Under the pieces are notes generated by a model. That model worked only from the letters and a program-made list of their open reading frames with translations. It had not been told where the DNA came from and did no database searches. This document shows, piece by piece, positions 8,770 through 19,300 of a stretch of DNA of 54,676 nt. Source of the DNA: an uncultured Planctomycetales bacterium (lineage in GTDB: Bacteria; Omnitrophota; Gorgyraeia; Gygaellales; Profunditerraquicolaceae). The stretch spans positions 1 through 54,676 of the forward strand of contig CAZOSW010000004.1 in the NCBI GenBank assembly GCA_964582765.1, read 5' to 3'. The position numbers were made by a program, and so were the translations under genes. Each line of letters starts with the position of its first letter. The stretch's first letter is position 1.

Positions 8770-9728
8770 TGAAAGGATTACGTTTAATTATTATAATTTT
8801 TACGATATTATTCGCTATTCTAATTTTATCTTTTGTCATTGGTGCGGTGTATGTAATTGAAGAAGGAAAACAAGTGGTTATTACGCAATTCGGCAAGCCC
8901 GTGGGTAATCCGATTACCTCAGCCGGTATGCATTTCAAGCAGCCATTAATTCAGGAAGCACACTATTTTGAAAAAAGGCTCTTGGATTGGGACGGAGATC
9001 CGAATCAGATACCTACCAAAGATAAGAAATATATCTGGGTTGATACTACTGCCCGCTGGAAGATTATCGATGCCTTAAAATTCCTGCAGTCTGTAGGCAA
9101 TGAAATGAGCGCTCAAGGCAGGCTCGATGATATCATAAATTCCGCAACCAGGGATATAATTACCAGCCATCTTTTAGTTGAAGCGGTGAGGGATTCTAAC
9201 CGTATCCTGGAGTCAAGGGCAGAAGGCGAGGATATGATTGTTACGGATGAGGCGCTGGAGCGCATCGAAGTAGGCAGGAAGATGCTGGAGAGCGCCATTC
9301 TAGAAAAGGCAAAGGTTCTTGCTCCCCAGTACGGCATTGATATTATTGATGTGCGCATCAAACGCGTAAATTACGTAGAAGATGTGCGTAACAAAGTTTA
9401 TGATCGTATGATTGCCGAAAGAAAGCGCGCTGCGGAGAAATATCGTTCCGAAGGCCAGGGGAAATCCGCTGAGATAGAGGGGCAGGTAGCCAAAGAATTA
9501 AAGGCTATCACTTCGGAGGCTTACCGTCAGGCACAGATTATTACCGGTAAGGCGGACGGCGAGGCAATCAATATATATGCTGGTGCATACAGCCAGAATC
9601 CCGATTTTTATTCCTTCATGAAGACGTTAGAAAGCTATGGAGATACCATCGACGCAAAATCTACGGTGATTTTGACAACCGACAGCGACTATTACAAATA
9701 CCTCAAGTCCCTGGAGGCTATGAAATAA
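8769..9728 (+). CDS. hflC: FtsH protease modulator HflC (SPFH/band-7)
   Basis: The start overlaps the hflK stop by 1 nt (TAATG). SPFH domain (VITQFGKPVG, AGMHFKQPLIQ). Confidence 0.9.
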   Translation: MKGLRLIIIIFTILFAILILSFVIGAVYVIEEGKQVVITQFGKPVGNPITSAGMHFKQPLIQEAHYFEKRLLDWDGDPNQIPTKDKKYIWVDTTARWKIIDALKFLQSVGNEMSAQGRLDDIINSATRDIITSHLLVEAVRDSNRILESRAEGEDMIVTDEALERIEVGRKMLESAILEKAKVLAPQYGIDIIDVRIKRVNYVEDVRNKVYDRMIAERKRAAEKYRSEGQGKSAEIEGQVAKELKAITSEAYRQAQIITGKADGEAINIYAGAYSQNPDFYSFMKTLESYGDTIDAKSTVILTTDSDYYKYLKSLEAMK

Positions 9729-9815
9729 AATATTAGATTAAGAAGGATTAAGTGATAGCTTTGGTTTGTTGGGTTTATAGCTATATCCTTTCTTTTCAAA
9801 TAATATTAGAGTTTA

Positions 9816-9847
9816 ACGGCTATGATTGCTGTTTGGATCATAGCCGT
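9816..9847 (+). terminator. Strong 11-bp perfect hairpin downstream of hflC (no U-tract)
   Basis: ACGGCTATGAT - 10 nt loop - ATCATAGCCGT. Confidence 0.4.
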
Positions 9848-10152
9848 ATTACTTACTGCTGTTCTAGAGGCTTAGAGGATCGTATTTATGGCCCCCATAT
9901 CGAAAGCTTTTACGCCTTGAAATTATTTAAAACGTTTTTTAAGTATATCCTTAGTGATGACGCCCGAAAGATAAAGAAGTTATAAAACGTTTTATTTTTT
10001 TAAAATAAAGCGTTATAATCAAATTAGGAATGTTTATAATAATAGAAGTTATTTAAAAAACTCATACATGAATAAGAAAATATCTTTTCCTCTCATGATC
10101 ATAAGTTATCATACTAAACATGGGTATCTAAATAGAGAAAGGATGTAAAATT

Positions 10153-11181
10153 ATGAACAGTTATCTTTTTTCGGGTATTTTAATGGTTTCTAGTTTTACT
10201 GCCGGGTGGATACTTTATTTTATTGTTTCGCTTTTACTTAAACGGCGGAATGGGTTTTTCTCTAAAGGGCTTAATGTCGATTTAAGGGTTTTAAAAAGTC
10301 CGTTACGATTCCTATTGCCTATTTTGTGTGTTTCGGGGATTATTCCTTTATTAAGAGTGCCGAGAAATGAGCGTTTATTTTTAGGCGACTTTATTCACAT
10401 TTTGCTTATTGCTTTGTTTGGTTGGGTTGGGGTAAAGATTGTTTACATCTTACGCGATGCTCTCCTAAGCCGTTATGATATTAATACTCGGGATAATGTG
10501 CATGCCCGTAGCATGCATACACAAATGCGCGTGATCACAAATATTATGGTTGTTGTTATAGCCTTGTTGACTATTTCCATTATATTGATGAGTTTTTCAC
10601 AGGTCAGGCATATCGGGGTAAGCCTATTGGCTTCGGCAGGAATTTTGGGAATAGTCATAGGTTTTGCTGCGCAAAAAACATTAGGGAATTTTATTGCCGG
10701 TATTCAGATAGCCTTTGCTCAGCCAATTCGGCTGGATGATGTGGTTATTATTGAAGGTGAATGGGGGTGGATTGAGGAAATTACCCTTACTTTTGTAGTT
10801 GTGCGTATCTGGGACCTAAGGCGCCTGGTTGTACCGATATCATATTTTCTCGAAAAACCATTTCAGAATTGGACGCGGACTTCGGCAGATTTGCTGGGGA
10901 CTGTTTTTATATATACCGATTACACCATATCCGTCAAAGATGTCCGTAATGAATTAACGCGTATCCTGGAAAATAGCTCAAAGTGGGATAAGAAGGTCAA
11001 TGTACTGCAAGTTACCAATGCAACCGACAAAACAGTTGAACTACGGGCGTTGATGAGCGCAGGGGATTCTCCCACCATGTGGGACTTGCGTTGTGAGGTC
11101 AGGGAAAAGCTCCTAGGGTTTTTACAACAACAATTTCCGGAAAGTTTGCCGCGGACTCGCATTGAAATGAATAAAAAGTAA
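10153..11181 (+). CDS. Mechanosensitive ion channel family protein (MscS-like)
   Basis: TM segments followed by GNFIAGIQIAFAQPIRLDDVVIIEGEWGWIEEITLTFVVVRIWDLRRLVVP, the MscS pore-helix/beta-domain signature. Confidence 0.85.
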   Translation: MNSYLFSGILMVSSFTAGWILYFIVSLLLKRRNGFFSKGLNVDLRVLKSPLRFLLPILCVSGIIPLLRVPRNERLFLGDFIHILLIALFGWVGVKIVYILRDALLSRYDINTRDNVHARSMHTQMRVITNIMVVVIALLTISIILMSFSQVRHIGVSLLASAGILGIVIGFAAQKTLGNFIAGIQIAFAQPIRLDDVVIIEGEWGWIEEITLTFVVVRIWDLRRLVVPISYFLEKPFQNWTRTSADLLGTVFIYTDYTISVKDVRNELTRILENSSKWDKKVNVLQVTNATDKTVELRALMSAGDSPTMWDLRCEVREKLLGFLQQQFPESLPRTRIEMNKK

Positions 11182-11238
11182 TTGAGTTAATATGGTTGCG
11201 CTAGGCCGGGTGCAATCTGGTGCTGCGCTAAAGGCCTA

Positions 11239-11260
11239 AGGGTTCGAATTTATTAACCCT
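11239..11260 (+). terminator. Hairpin after the MscS gene
   Basis: AGGGTT - 10 nt loop - AACCCT, preceded by further GC-rich pairing (TAGGCC/GGCCTA). Confidence 0.3.
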
Positions 11261-11321
11261 ATCGAAACTTATAAATAAATATAAAACTTAATAAATAATA
11301 CCGAACCAAATTTTTATTATT

Positions 11322-11729
11322 ATGAATAAAATATTTTTTATGCCTATTGCTTCTATAGTTTTACTTATTTTTTTACTGGGAGGGTGCACTTATATTACCC
11401 ATTATGGACAGATAAGCTTACTCAAAAAGTTTGAATCTAATCAGTGCGAAATCGATAGCTATCTAAAAAGGCAGCAAGAGTTTTTCTATAAATTAATAGG
11501 TGATGTCAAAAATAATCGTTTAAAAAAAGGGATTGCAAAAAAAGATGTTTTATCTTTATATGGTAAGCCGATTTTTTGCAAAGAGGTTAAAGATAGCCTT
11601 GAGATTACGGAAAGATGTCTTTACCGGCCTGCGGTAGAATATTTTAATACCGATAGGATATACCTTAATTTCGATAAAGATCGTAATTTATATTCCTGGG
11701 AATTTATTCCGGCGCCCTTAAAACCTTGA
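11322..11729 (+). CDS. Lipoprotein of unknown function
   Basis: Signal peptide with lipobox LLGGC. I recognised no other domain. Confidence 0.6.
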   Translation: MNKIFFMPIASIVLLIFLLGGCTYITHYGQISLLKKFESNQCEIDSYLKRQQEFFYKLIGDVKNNRLKKGIAKKDVLSLYGKPIFCKEVKDSLEITERCLYRPAVEYFNTDRIYLNFDKDRNLYSWEFIPAPLKP

Positions 11730-11760
11730 TCTTCGTTTGACCTATATAAGGAGGTATTCT

Positions 11761-14214
11761 ATGAACATAGAACAGGCAAAACAAATGTCAATAGAAGAGT
11801 TATTTAATAAACTTTCTTCGCGCAGGACAGGCCTTTCTTCTGAAGAAGCCAAGAAGAAACTCTCGGAGCACGGCCCGAATGAAATAACCGAGAAGAAAAT
11901 CAGCCCAATCTTAAAATTTTTAAGTTATTTCTGGGGGCCGATTCCCTGGATGATAGAAGCCGCAGCGGTTCTTTCTGCCCTTATTCGGCATTGGGAAGAT
12001 TTTGGGGTTATTTTCGTTATGTTATTGATAAATGCCGCGGTAGGATTTTGGCAGGAGCATAAGGCGGATAATGCCATCGAATTATTAAAGAAGAGGTTGG
12101 CGCTTAAGGCGCGCGTATTACGCGATGGAAAGTGGGGCGAGTTGCCGGCGCGTGATTTAGTGCCGGGCGATGTAATACGCATACGCCTTGGCGATATTAT
12201 TCCGGCTGATATTAAGCTATCTGAAGGAGAGTTTCTTTTGGTAGATCAATCTGTATTAACCGGAGAATCGCTGCCCGTTGAAAAGCATCTTTTTGATATC
12301 GGCTATTCGGGTTCAATCGTTAAGCAGGGGGAGATGGATGCTGTAGTAGTTGGTACCGGATTAAATACTTATTTCGGTAAAACTGCCAGTCTTGTTGCCG
12401 GGGCTAAAACCTGCAGCCACTTTCAGAAAGCGGTAATTAAAATAGGGGATTATCTCATCGTGACCGCGATAGTTTTAGTCGCGGTTATCTTTTTAGTCTC
12501 GCTCTTCCGCCATGAGAATTTTTTTGAGATCCTTCAGTTTGCGCTTATTCTGGTTGTGGCCTCTATTCCGGTAGCAATGCCTGCCGTATTGACGGTGACA
12601 ATGGCAGTGGGTGCTTCTGTGCTTGCCAAAAAAGAAGCTATTGTAAGTAAATTAGTGGCTATAGAAGAGATGGCAGGAGTAGATATTTTATGTTCGGATA
12701 AGACAGGCACTATCACGAAAAATGAGTTAAGTATTAAAGAGCTTAGGCCTTTGGAGGGATTTAAGGATGTCGATATGCTGCTCTGGGGTAGATTAGCTTC
12801 CCGAGGAGAAGATAAAGACCCCATAGACGATACCGTTATTGCCAAGGCTCAATCGATAAGTGAAGTTACGCAAAATTTCGGTAAGTATCAGGTAATTTCT
12901 TTTAAACCGTTTGACCCGGTTGCAAAACGTACCGAATGCAGTGTGGAAGCAAGCGGAGGCAAAAAATTTAAGGTAACCAAAGGCGCGCCGCAAGTTATTC
13001 TTTCCCTCGTAGCCAATAAAGATTTGATTTCTTCTAGAATCGACGGAATTGTCAATGATTTTGCAGCTAAAGGTTACCGCGCACTCGGTATTGCTAAAAC
13101 AGATGATTCGGGACGTTGGCAATACGCAGGACTTTTTGCGATTTATGACCCGCCGCGCGAAGATTCTGCGGATACTATAAAAATAGCCAGATCAATGGGT
13201 TTAAATGTAAAAATGGTAACCGGGGACCATATCGCTGTGGCCAAGGAGATTGCAAAAGAAGTGGGGCTGGGAGAAAATATTCAGCCAGCTTCCAGTTTTC
13301 TGGATAAACCTGACAAAGAGGCAGAGAAGATTATCGAGGGTGCGGATGGTTTTGCCCAGGTTTTTCCGGAGCATAAGTATAAAATAGTAGAAGAATTACA
13401 GGCGAAAAACCATATTGTCGGAATGACCGGTGATGGCGTTAATGATGCGCCGGCGTTAAAGAAAGCAGACGCAGGGATTGCTGTTGCAGGCGCTACTGAT
13501 GCGGCAAAGTCTGCGGCATCCATTGTCCTTACTAAACCCGGCCTTTCGGTTATAATCGATGCGATTAAGGAGAGCCGTAAGATATTCAAGCGCATGAACA
13601 GCTATACAATTTATCGTGTTGCCGAGACAACCAGGGTTCTAATATTTATGACTCTGGCGATCCTGATTTTTAATTTCTATCCAGTCACCGCCATTATGAT
13701 CGTTATCTTAGCACTGCTTAATGATATACCCATTATGATGATTGCCTACGATAACACAAAGATTTATCCGAATCCGGTAAGTTGGAATATGCGCAGGGTT
13801 TTAACTCTTGCCACTGCCTTGGGAGTGGCGGGGGTGTTCGCGAGTTTCTTGTTATTTTGGATTGGTGAACAAATATTTCATCTTGACCGTCAAATAATCC
13901 AAACGCTTATTTTTTTAAAATTAGCGGTGGCCGGCCATATGACCATTTATTTGGCTAGGACAGGAGAGGATCCTTTTTGGCGTAAGCCTTATCCTGCCCT
14001 TGCCTTAATATTGACATGTGAAATAACCCAGATTGCTGCGACATTATTTGCGGTATATGGGGTATTTATGAAGCCGATAGGCTGGAGATTGGCTCTTTTC
14101 GTATGGGGGTATGCCTTTATTTTCTTTGTTTTAAATGATTTCATAAAAATTCGTGTTGATAAGACAATGGATCATTTTGGTATAAGATTTCGCCGAGGCA
14201 TACAGGCAAGTTAA
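11761..14214 (+). CDS. P-type ATPase, plasma-membrane H+-ATPase-like (P3 type)
   Basis: CSDKTGTITKN phosphorylation motif, MVTGDH and GDGVNDAPALKKADAGIAV. The start was chosen at the ATG 6 nt after AGGAGG (11749-11754) rather than the TTG at 11737. Confidence 0.9.
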   Translation: MNIEQAKQMSIEELFNKLSSRRTGLSSEEAKKKLSEHGPNEITEKKISPILKFLSYFWGPIPWMIEAAAVLSALIRHWEDFGVIFVMLLINAAVGFWQEHKADNAIELLKKRLALKARVLRDGKWGELPARDLVPGDVIRIRLGDIIPADIKLSEGEFLLVDQSVLTGESLPVEKHLFDIGYSGSIVKQGEMDAVVVGTGLNTYFGKTASLVAGAKTCSHFQKAVIKIGDYLIVTAIVLVAVIFLVSLFRHENFFEILQFALILVVASIPVAMPAVLTVTMAVGASVLAKKEAIVSKLVAIEEMAGVDILCSDKTGTITKNELSIKELRPLEGFKDVDMLLWGRLASRGEDKDPIDDTVIAKAQSISEVTQNFGKYQVISFKPFDPVAKRTECSVEASGGKKFKVTKGAPQVILSLVANKDLISSRIDGIVNDFAAKGYRALGIAKTDDSGRWQYAGLFAIYDPPREDSADTIKIARSMGLNVKMVTGDHIAVAKEIAKEVGLGENIQPASSFLDKPDKEAEKIIEGADGFAQVFPEHKYKIVEELQAKNHIVGMTGDGVNDAPALKKADAGIAVAGATDAAKSAASIVLTKPGLSVIIDAIKESRKIFKRMNSYTIYRVAETTRVLIFMTLAILIFNFYPVTAIMIVILALLNDIPIMMIAYDNTKIYPNPVSWNMRRVLTLATALGVAGVFASFLLFWIGEQIFHLDRQIIQTLIFLKLAVAGHMTIYLARTGEDPFWRKPYPALALILTCEITQIAATLFAVYGVFMKPIGWRLALFVWGYAFIFFVLNDFIKIRVDKTMDHFGIRFRRGIQAS

Positions 14215-14485
14215 TCGGAATGCGAGATAATCCATGACAGCGGAACACATCGATAAAAATTATACGGGTAAAGAATCCTTGAGAATGAAACAAACCAAGA
14301 ATTACCAGATATAAACGAGAAGTGTGACAGGAAAGCCTTCTCTAAAGCCTGAATTTTCTTAGTGGGTGAGGCTATTGCATTAATTCATCAGCACTCAAAT
14401 TTTCCTAATAAGACAGATTTTCCTACTAATTCTCTTCACTACGCTGGAAATCCGCAGGAATTACTTTTCTAAAAACAGAATATTC

Positions 14486-14514
14486 TTGAAATATTGAAGT
14501 ATTACGTCTATAAT
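14486..14514 (+). promoter_or_regulatory. Sigma70-like promoter (TTGAAA, 17 nt, TATAAT)
   Basis: TTGAAA at 14486-14491 and TATAAT at 14509-14514. Confidence 0.45.
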
Positions 14515-14657
14515 TGTTTTTGTAAATTCTGATAGATTTACTCTAGGTTTTAGCGGTGTACAGCTTAATATTTTTTTATTTAATCGTAAATTTGAGTCAG
14601 CGGTTTTATTGTATAAAAAAAGCATGGAAACTGAGGTTTTTAGTCTTCCTAAATTTT

Positions 14658-14900
14658 ATGCTATGGCAGGTCTACATAATTAAATGTAAAGGCGGTGCGC
14701 TCTATACGGGCATTACCAATGATCTCATCCGCCGCATTACAGCCCACAATAGCGGAAACGGTTGCCGTTTCACTAGATGCAGAATTCCCGTAAGACTATT
14801 ATATAGTGAGTCTGTTTGTAGTCGGTCTGCTGCATTAAAACGCGAAGCCAGGATTAAGACTTTCAGCAGAAAAGAAAAACTGGAACTAAGCAGAAGCTAA
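14658..14900 (+). CDS. GIY-YIG nuclease superfamily protein (UPF0213-like, ~80 aa)
   Basis: YIIKCKGGALYTGITNDLIRRITAHNSG...ALKREARIK is the GIY-YIG core. The start was moved to the internal ATG at 14658. Confidence 0.75.
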   Translation: MLWQVYIIKCKGGALYTGITNDLIRRITAHNSGNGCRFTRCRIPVRLLYSESVCSRSAALKREARIKTFSRKEKLELSRS

Positions 14901-14968
14901 TGTTTTAGGGAAACTAAAAGAATTATGGGGGGCATGATACATAATTACAAAAGATAAGGAGAGAAAAA

Positions 14969-15547
14969 ATGAGTAAATCAATCAAGGGTACAAAAACGGA
15001 GAAGAATTTATTAGCAGCCTTTGCGGGAGAGTCACAGGCAAGGAATAGGTATACCTATTTTGCTTCTGCAGCAAGAAAAGAAGGGTTAGAGCAAATAGCA
15101 AATATTTTTACCGAGACTGCTGAGAATGAAAAAGAACATGCAAAAGTTTTCTTTAAGTATCTTGAAGGAGGAGACACAGAGATTACCGCTACGTATCCGG
15201 CAGGTATGATTAAAGATACAAAGAGTAACCTGGAGGCAGCGGCTACTGGCGAAAAGCATGAATGGTCTAATCTGTATAAAGATTTTGCTAAGGCTGCTAA
15301 CGATGAGGGTTTTTTAGAAGTTTCCCGCTCTTTTGAGCAGATAGCAAAAGTCGAGCGATTCCATGAATCTAGGTATAGAAAATTAATCAATAATGTTGCA
15401 AATGGCGAGGTATTTAAGAAAAAGGCGATTACAAAATGGCACTGCATTAACTGCGGTTATGTCTTTGAGGGAGAGGATGCTCCGAAAGAGTGTCCAGCCT
15501 GTAAGCATCCTCAGAGTTATTACGAGGAGTTAGCAGAAAATTATTAA
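14969..15547 (+). CDS. rbr: Rubrerythrin
   Basis: Ferritin-like di-iron domain (GESQARNRYTYF, ENEKEHAKVF) plus a C-terminal rubredoxin CINCGY...CPACKHP. AAGGAG SD. Confidence 0.92.
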   Translation: MSKSIKGTKTEKNLLAAFAGESQARNRYTYFASAARKEGLEQIANIFTETAENEKEHAKVFFKYLEGGDTEITATYPAGMIKDTKSNLEAAATGEKHEWSNLYKDFAKAANDEGFLEVSRSFEQIAKVERFHESRYRKLINNVANGEVFKKKAITKWHCINCGYVFEGEDAPKECPACKHPQSYYEELAENY

Positions 15548-15548
15548 G

Positions 15549-16292
15549 ATGAAAAAAATATTTAGTTGGCAGGTTATCTTTGGGGTAATTTTAATTTCAC
15601 TTTCGGTAATAGGATATTATGTGCATTACCTTCTTTTTCACGATGCCCACCATATTTTTATTTATCTGGTTGGAGATATCGCCTTTGTGTTTTTTGAGGT
15701 ATTCCTGGTGACGATTATCCTACATCAGCTTTTAAGTTACCGCGAAAAGAAAACGATGTTAAATAAACTCAATATGGTAATTGGAGCATTTTACAGCGAG
15801 GTAGGATTAGATCTTTTACGAATATTGTCGGAAGTAAATAATAAGTCTAGACAGGTTTGCGATGAGCTAATTATAAGCAGCAATTGGACTGTTAAGGATT
15901 TTCAGGTAGCCAGCCGTAAGATTAGAGAGCACGGATATGTAGCTGAGATAAAACAAATCCCTTTAGAAACTTTGAAAAATTTTCTTACAGTAAAAAAAGA
16001 TTTTCTACTGCGACTTTTAGAAAATTCTAATTTATTAGAACATGAGTCTTTTACAAACTTACTCTGGGCGGTTTTCCATTTTACTGAAGAGCTTGTCTAT
16101 AGAAACAATTTACAGGGGTTATCCATGAACGATCTTGAGCATTTGTCCGGTGATATAAAACGCGTATATCAATTGCTTGTATTAGAGTGGTTGGATTATA
16201 TGAAACACCTACAAAAGAGCTATCCCTATCTTTTTTCGCTGGCTTTAAGGACTAATCCTTTTGATAAGAATGCTTGCGTTGAAATGAAATAG
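15549..16292 (+). CDS. Hypothetical membrane protein, translationally coupled to rubrerythrin
   Basis: Two N-terminal TM segments (with HDAHH between them) and a ~170 aa helical soluble domain. It starts 1 nt after the rbr stop. I recognised no family. Confidence 0.6.
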   Translation: MKKIFSWQVIFGVILISLSVIGYYVHYLLFHDAHHIFIYLVGDIAFVFFEVFLVTIILHQLLSYREKKTMLNKLNMVIGAFYSEVGLDLLRILSEVNNKSRQVCDELIISSNWTVKDFQVASRKIREHGYVAEIKQIPLETLKNFLTVKKDFLLRLLENSNLLEHESFTNLLWAVFHFTEELVYRNNLQGLSMNDLEHLSGDIKRVYQLLVLEWLDYMKHLQKSYPYLFSLALRTNPFDKNACVEMK

Positions 16293-16372
16293 AGGAAGGA
16301 GCCTAATTTAGCGATACAGATAGACGTTTCTCAGGATAATAAGAACAAAACCTAGAAAAAGAAAGGATATTT

Positions 16373-19300
16373 ATGCCTCCACGTAAAGACATAAAAAAAG
16401 TTATTATTATCGGTTCCGGGCCAATAATTATCGGCCAGGCCTGTGAGTTTGATTATTCCGGGACTCAGGCCTGTAAAGCGTTGCGCGAGGAAGGATACGA
16501 AATTATATTAGTTAATTCTAATCCCGCTACTATTATGACCGATCCGGGGTTGGCCGATCACACATATATTGAACCGCTTACGGTAGAAAGTTTGACTAAA
16601 ATTATTGCCAAAGAAAAACCTGATGCCCTTCTGCCGAATTTAGGGGGCCAGACAGGTTTAAATCTGGCCTCTGCTTTACATAAGGCGGGGGTGTTGGATA
16701 AATACCAAGTAAAAATGATTGGTGTTAAGGCAGATGCCATTGAGCGCGGAGAAGACCGGCAAGCATTCAAAGATACTATGAAAAAATTAGGTATTCCTGT
16801 GCCGCGTTCAGCGATTTGTAATTCGATCCAAGAGGCTTCAAAGATTGCTCAAGAGCTGGGTTTTCCGGTAGTAATACGTCCGGCCTTTACGCTGGGCGGG
16901 ACAGGCGGCGGGATTGCTTATAATTCCGAAGACCTGAATTTTTTTGTTAACCGCGGCCTGAATGCCAGCTTGATACACCAGATTTTACTTGAAGAAGCAG
17001 TAATCGGCTGGGAAGAGCTGGAGCTTGAGGTAGTGCGTGATGAAAAGAATCACAAAATTACCGTTTGCTTTATCGAAAACATCGACGCTATGGGGGTGCA
17101 CACCGGAGATAGTTTTTGCGTTGCACCAATGCTTACCGTGCCTTTAAACCTACAAAAGAGAATGCAGGAATTTTCTTATAAGATAGTAGAGGCTATCGGA
17201 GTAGTCGGAGGTACTAACATTCAGTTTGCGCACAATCTTAAAGACGATCGGCTTGTGGCTATAGAAATTAATCCGCGCACTTCCCGTTCTTCAGCGCTTG
17301 CTTCTAAGGCTACTGGTTTTCCCATTGCCAGGATTTCTACTAAGTTAGCAGCAGGGCTTAGCCTTGATGAGATTCCCTATTGGAAAAAGGGAACATTGGA
17401 AAAATACGAACCTTCAGGAGAATACGTAGTTGTTAAATTTGCGCGCTGGGCATTTGAGAAGTTCCGCCAGGCAAAAGATATCCTCGGCACACAAATGAAG
17501 GCAGTAGGAGAAGTAATGAGTATTGCTAAGGGGTTTAAAGAAGCATTCCAGAAATCTATACGTTCTCTTGAAATAGGCAGGTATGGGCTAGGTTTTGCCA
17601 AAGATTTCTACAATTTACCGCTCGAAGAACTGAAAAAACGGCTTGTTGTCCCTTCAAGCGAGCGTGTGTTTCTAATCTATGAGGGGCTGCGAAAAGGTAT
17701 AAGCGTAGATGAACTTTCTAACCTTACATATATAGGTAAGTGGTTTATCAAGGAAATGCAGGAGATGGTATTTTTTGAAGAAAAGATGTTAAAAACTGGA
17801 TGGCAGAAGCTAAGCGAAGCTGATTTACGCAAAGCAAAGGAATGGGGTTTCAGTGATAAGTATTTGGCCAGGATATTTAAGGTAAAGGAAGATGATGTGC
17901 GGATCGTCAGAAAAAAACTGATAGGTAATGCCCGTTTTGAGCCTGTGCCGGTAAGCGGAGTAAAAGAGGCAGCATATTATTATTCTACTTATACGCCGGG
18001 AAAAGATTTAGTACCGGTTTCAGAAAAAAGAAAGATTCTTATTCTAGGAGGTGGGCCTAATCGCATAGGACAGGGAATTGAATTTGATTATACCTGCGTA
18101 CATGCGGCATTTGCTTTACGCGATGAAGGCCTTGAGTCGATTATGATTAATTGTAATCCCGAGACAGTTTCCACTGATTACGATACTTCCAATAAGCTTT
18201 ATTTTGAGCCGTTGACTGTTGAAGATGTTTTGACTATTTGGGAAAAAGAAAAGCCGCAAGGCGCTATTGTACAATTTGGCGGACAGACGCCGTTAAATAT
18301 TGCTGCAGAACTTGAGCGCAACGGAGTAAAAATTCTCGGGACAAGCACAAAAAGTATTGCTTTTGCTGAGGATCGGGAGCTATTTAGGCAAAAGATGATT
18401 GCGCTTGGGATTTGTCAGACTGAAGGAGCAACCGCATTTTCTCTGGATGAGGCAATTTCAATTACAAAGCGTATAGGCTATCCGGTAATGGTCAGGCCGT
18501 CGTTTGTTTTGGGCGGTCGCGGCATGGAAGTAATTTATGATGAGGAGATGTTAGTAAAGTACGCAAAAGAGGCAATCCAGGTTAGCCCTGAATACCCCAT
18601 GTTGATTGACCGATTTTTAGAGAATGCTTTAGAGTGTGAGGTCGATGCGCTTTGCGACGGAGACAATACATTCGTGGCGGCAGTAATGGAGCATATCGAA
18701 CATGCAGGGATACATTCCGGGGATTCTGCCTGCACTATTCCGCCGCGGAACATAAAGGGTGAACATTTAAAAACAATTAATGCATGGACAGAGAAGATCT
18801 CTAAAGAATTAAAGGTGGTAGGCCTGATTAATATTCAGTTTGCTATCTGCGATGACCAAGTTTATATCCTGGAGGCAAATCCGCGCGCTTCACGTACTGT
18901 GCCTTTGGTTTCTAAAACCATTGGCATACCTCTTGCGCGCATTGCGACCTTGTTAATGCTTGGCAAGAAACTAAGTGATTTTCCCGAGCTTATACACCAT
19001 AGGCTCCCGTATGTTTCAGTGAAGGAAGCGGTATTTCCCTTTAATATGTTTCCTGAGGTTGATCCTGTTTTAGGCCCTGAGATGCGCGCAACAGGCGAGG
19101 TAATGGGAATCGATGAGAATTTTGGGCTGGCATTTTTTAAGGCACAGGAATCTGCCGGGACAAAGCTGCCGAGAGAAGGCAATGTATTGGTTACGGTAAC
19201 AGATAAAGACAAAAAAGAGCTCATCCCTATTGCCGTAAAACTTTCGCAAATAGGATTTAAAATTTTTGCTACTGAAAATACGCAACGTTTTTTAAAAGAA

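Noticed and set aside
9752-9985. 77-aa + strand ORF in the hflC-mscS spacer.
   Set aside because: It has a GTG start without an SD, runs through an 11-bp perfect hairpin, and has Cys/Tyr-rich odd composition with no recognisable domain. It is more likely non-coding.
11202-11249. Mini-ORFs over hairpins in other spacers: MVALGRVQSGAALKA at 11202, MFLLPAATIFH at 5235 and MRPFSF at 20683. They were considered as further members of the Pro-Pro leader family.
   Set aside because: They have no Pro-Pro, no convincing SD, no U-run directly after the hairpin, and no sequence similarity to the three accepted loci.
11239-11260. GGTTCGAAT string resembling a tRNA T-loop.
   Set aside because: The following bases (TTATTAACCCT) give a 10-nt loop rather than a 7-nt T-loop. 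No acceptor, D or anticodon arms can be drawn around it. I treat it as a terminator-like hairpin.
14556-14657. N-terminal 34-codon extension of the GIY-YIG ORF (GTG at 14556).
   Set aside because: The extension is hydrophobic, low-complexity sequence in AT-rich DNA. The GIY-YIG core begins right after the internal ATG at 14658, giving the ~80-aa size typical of the family.
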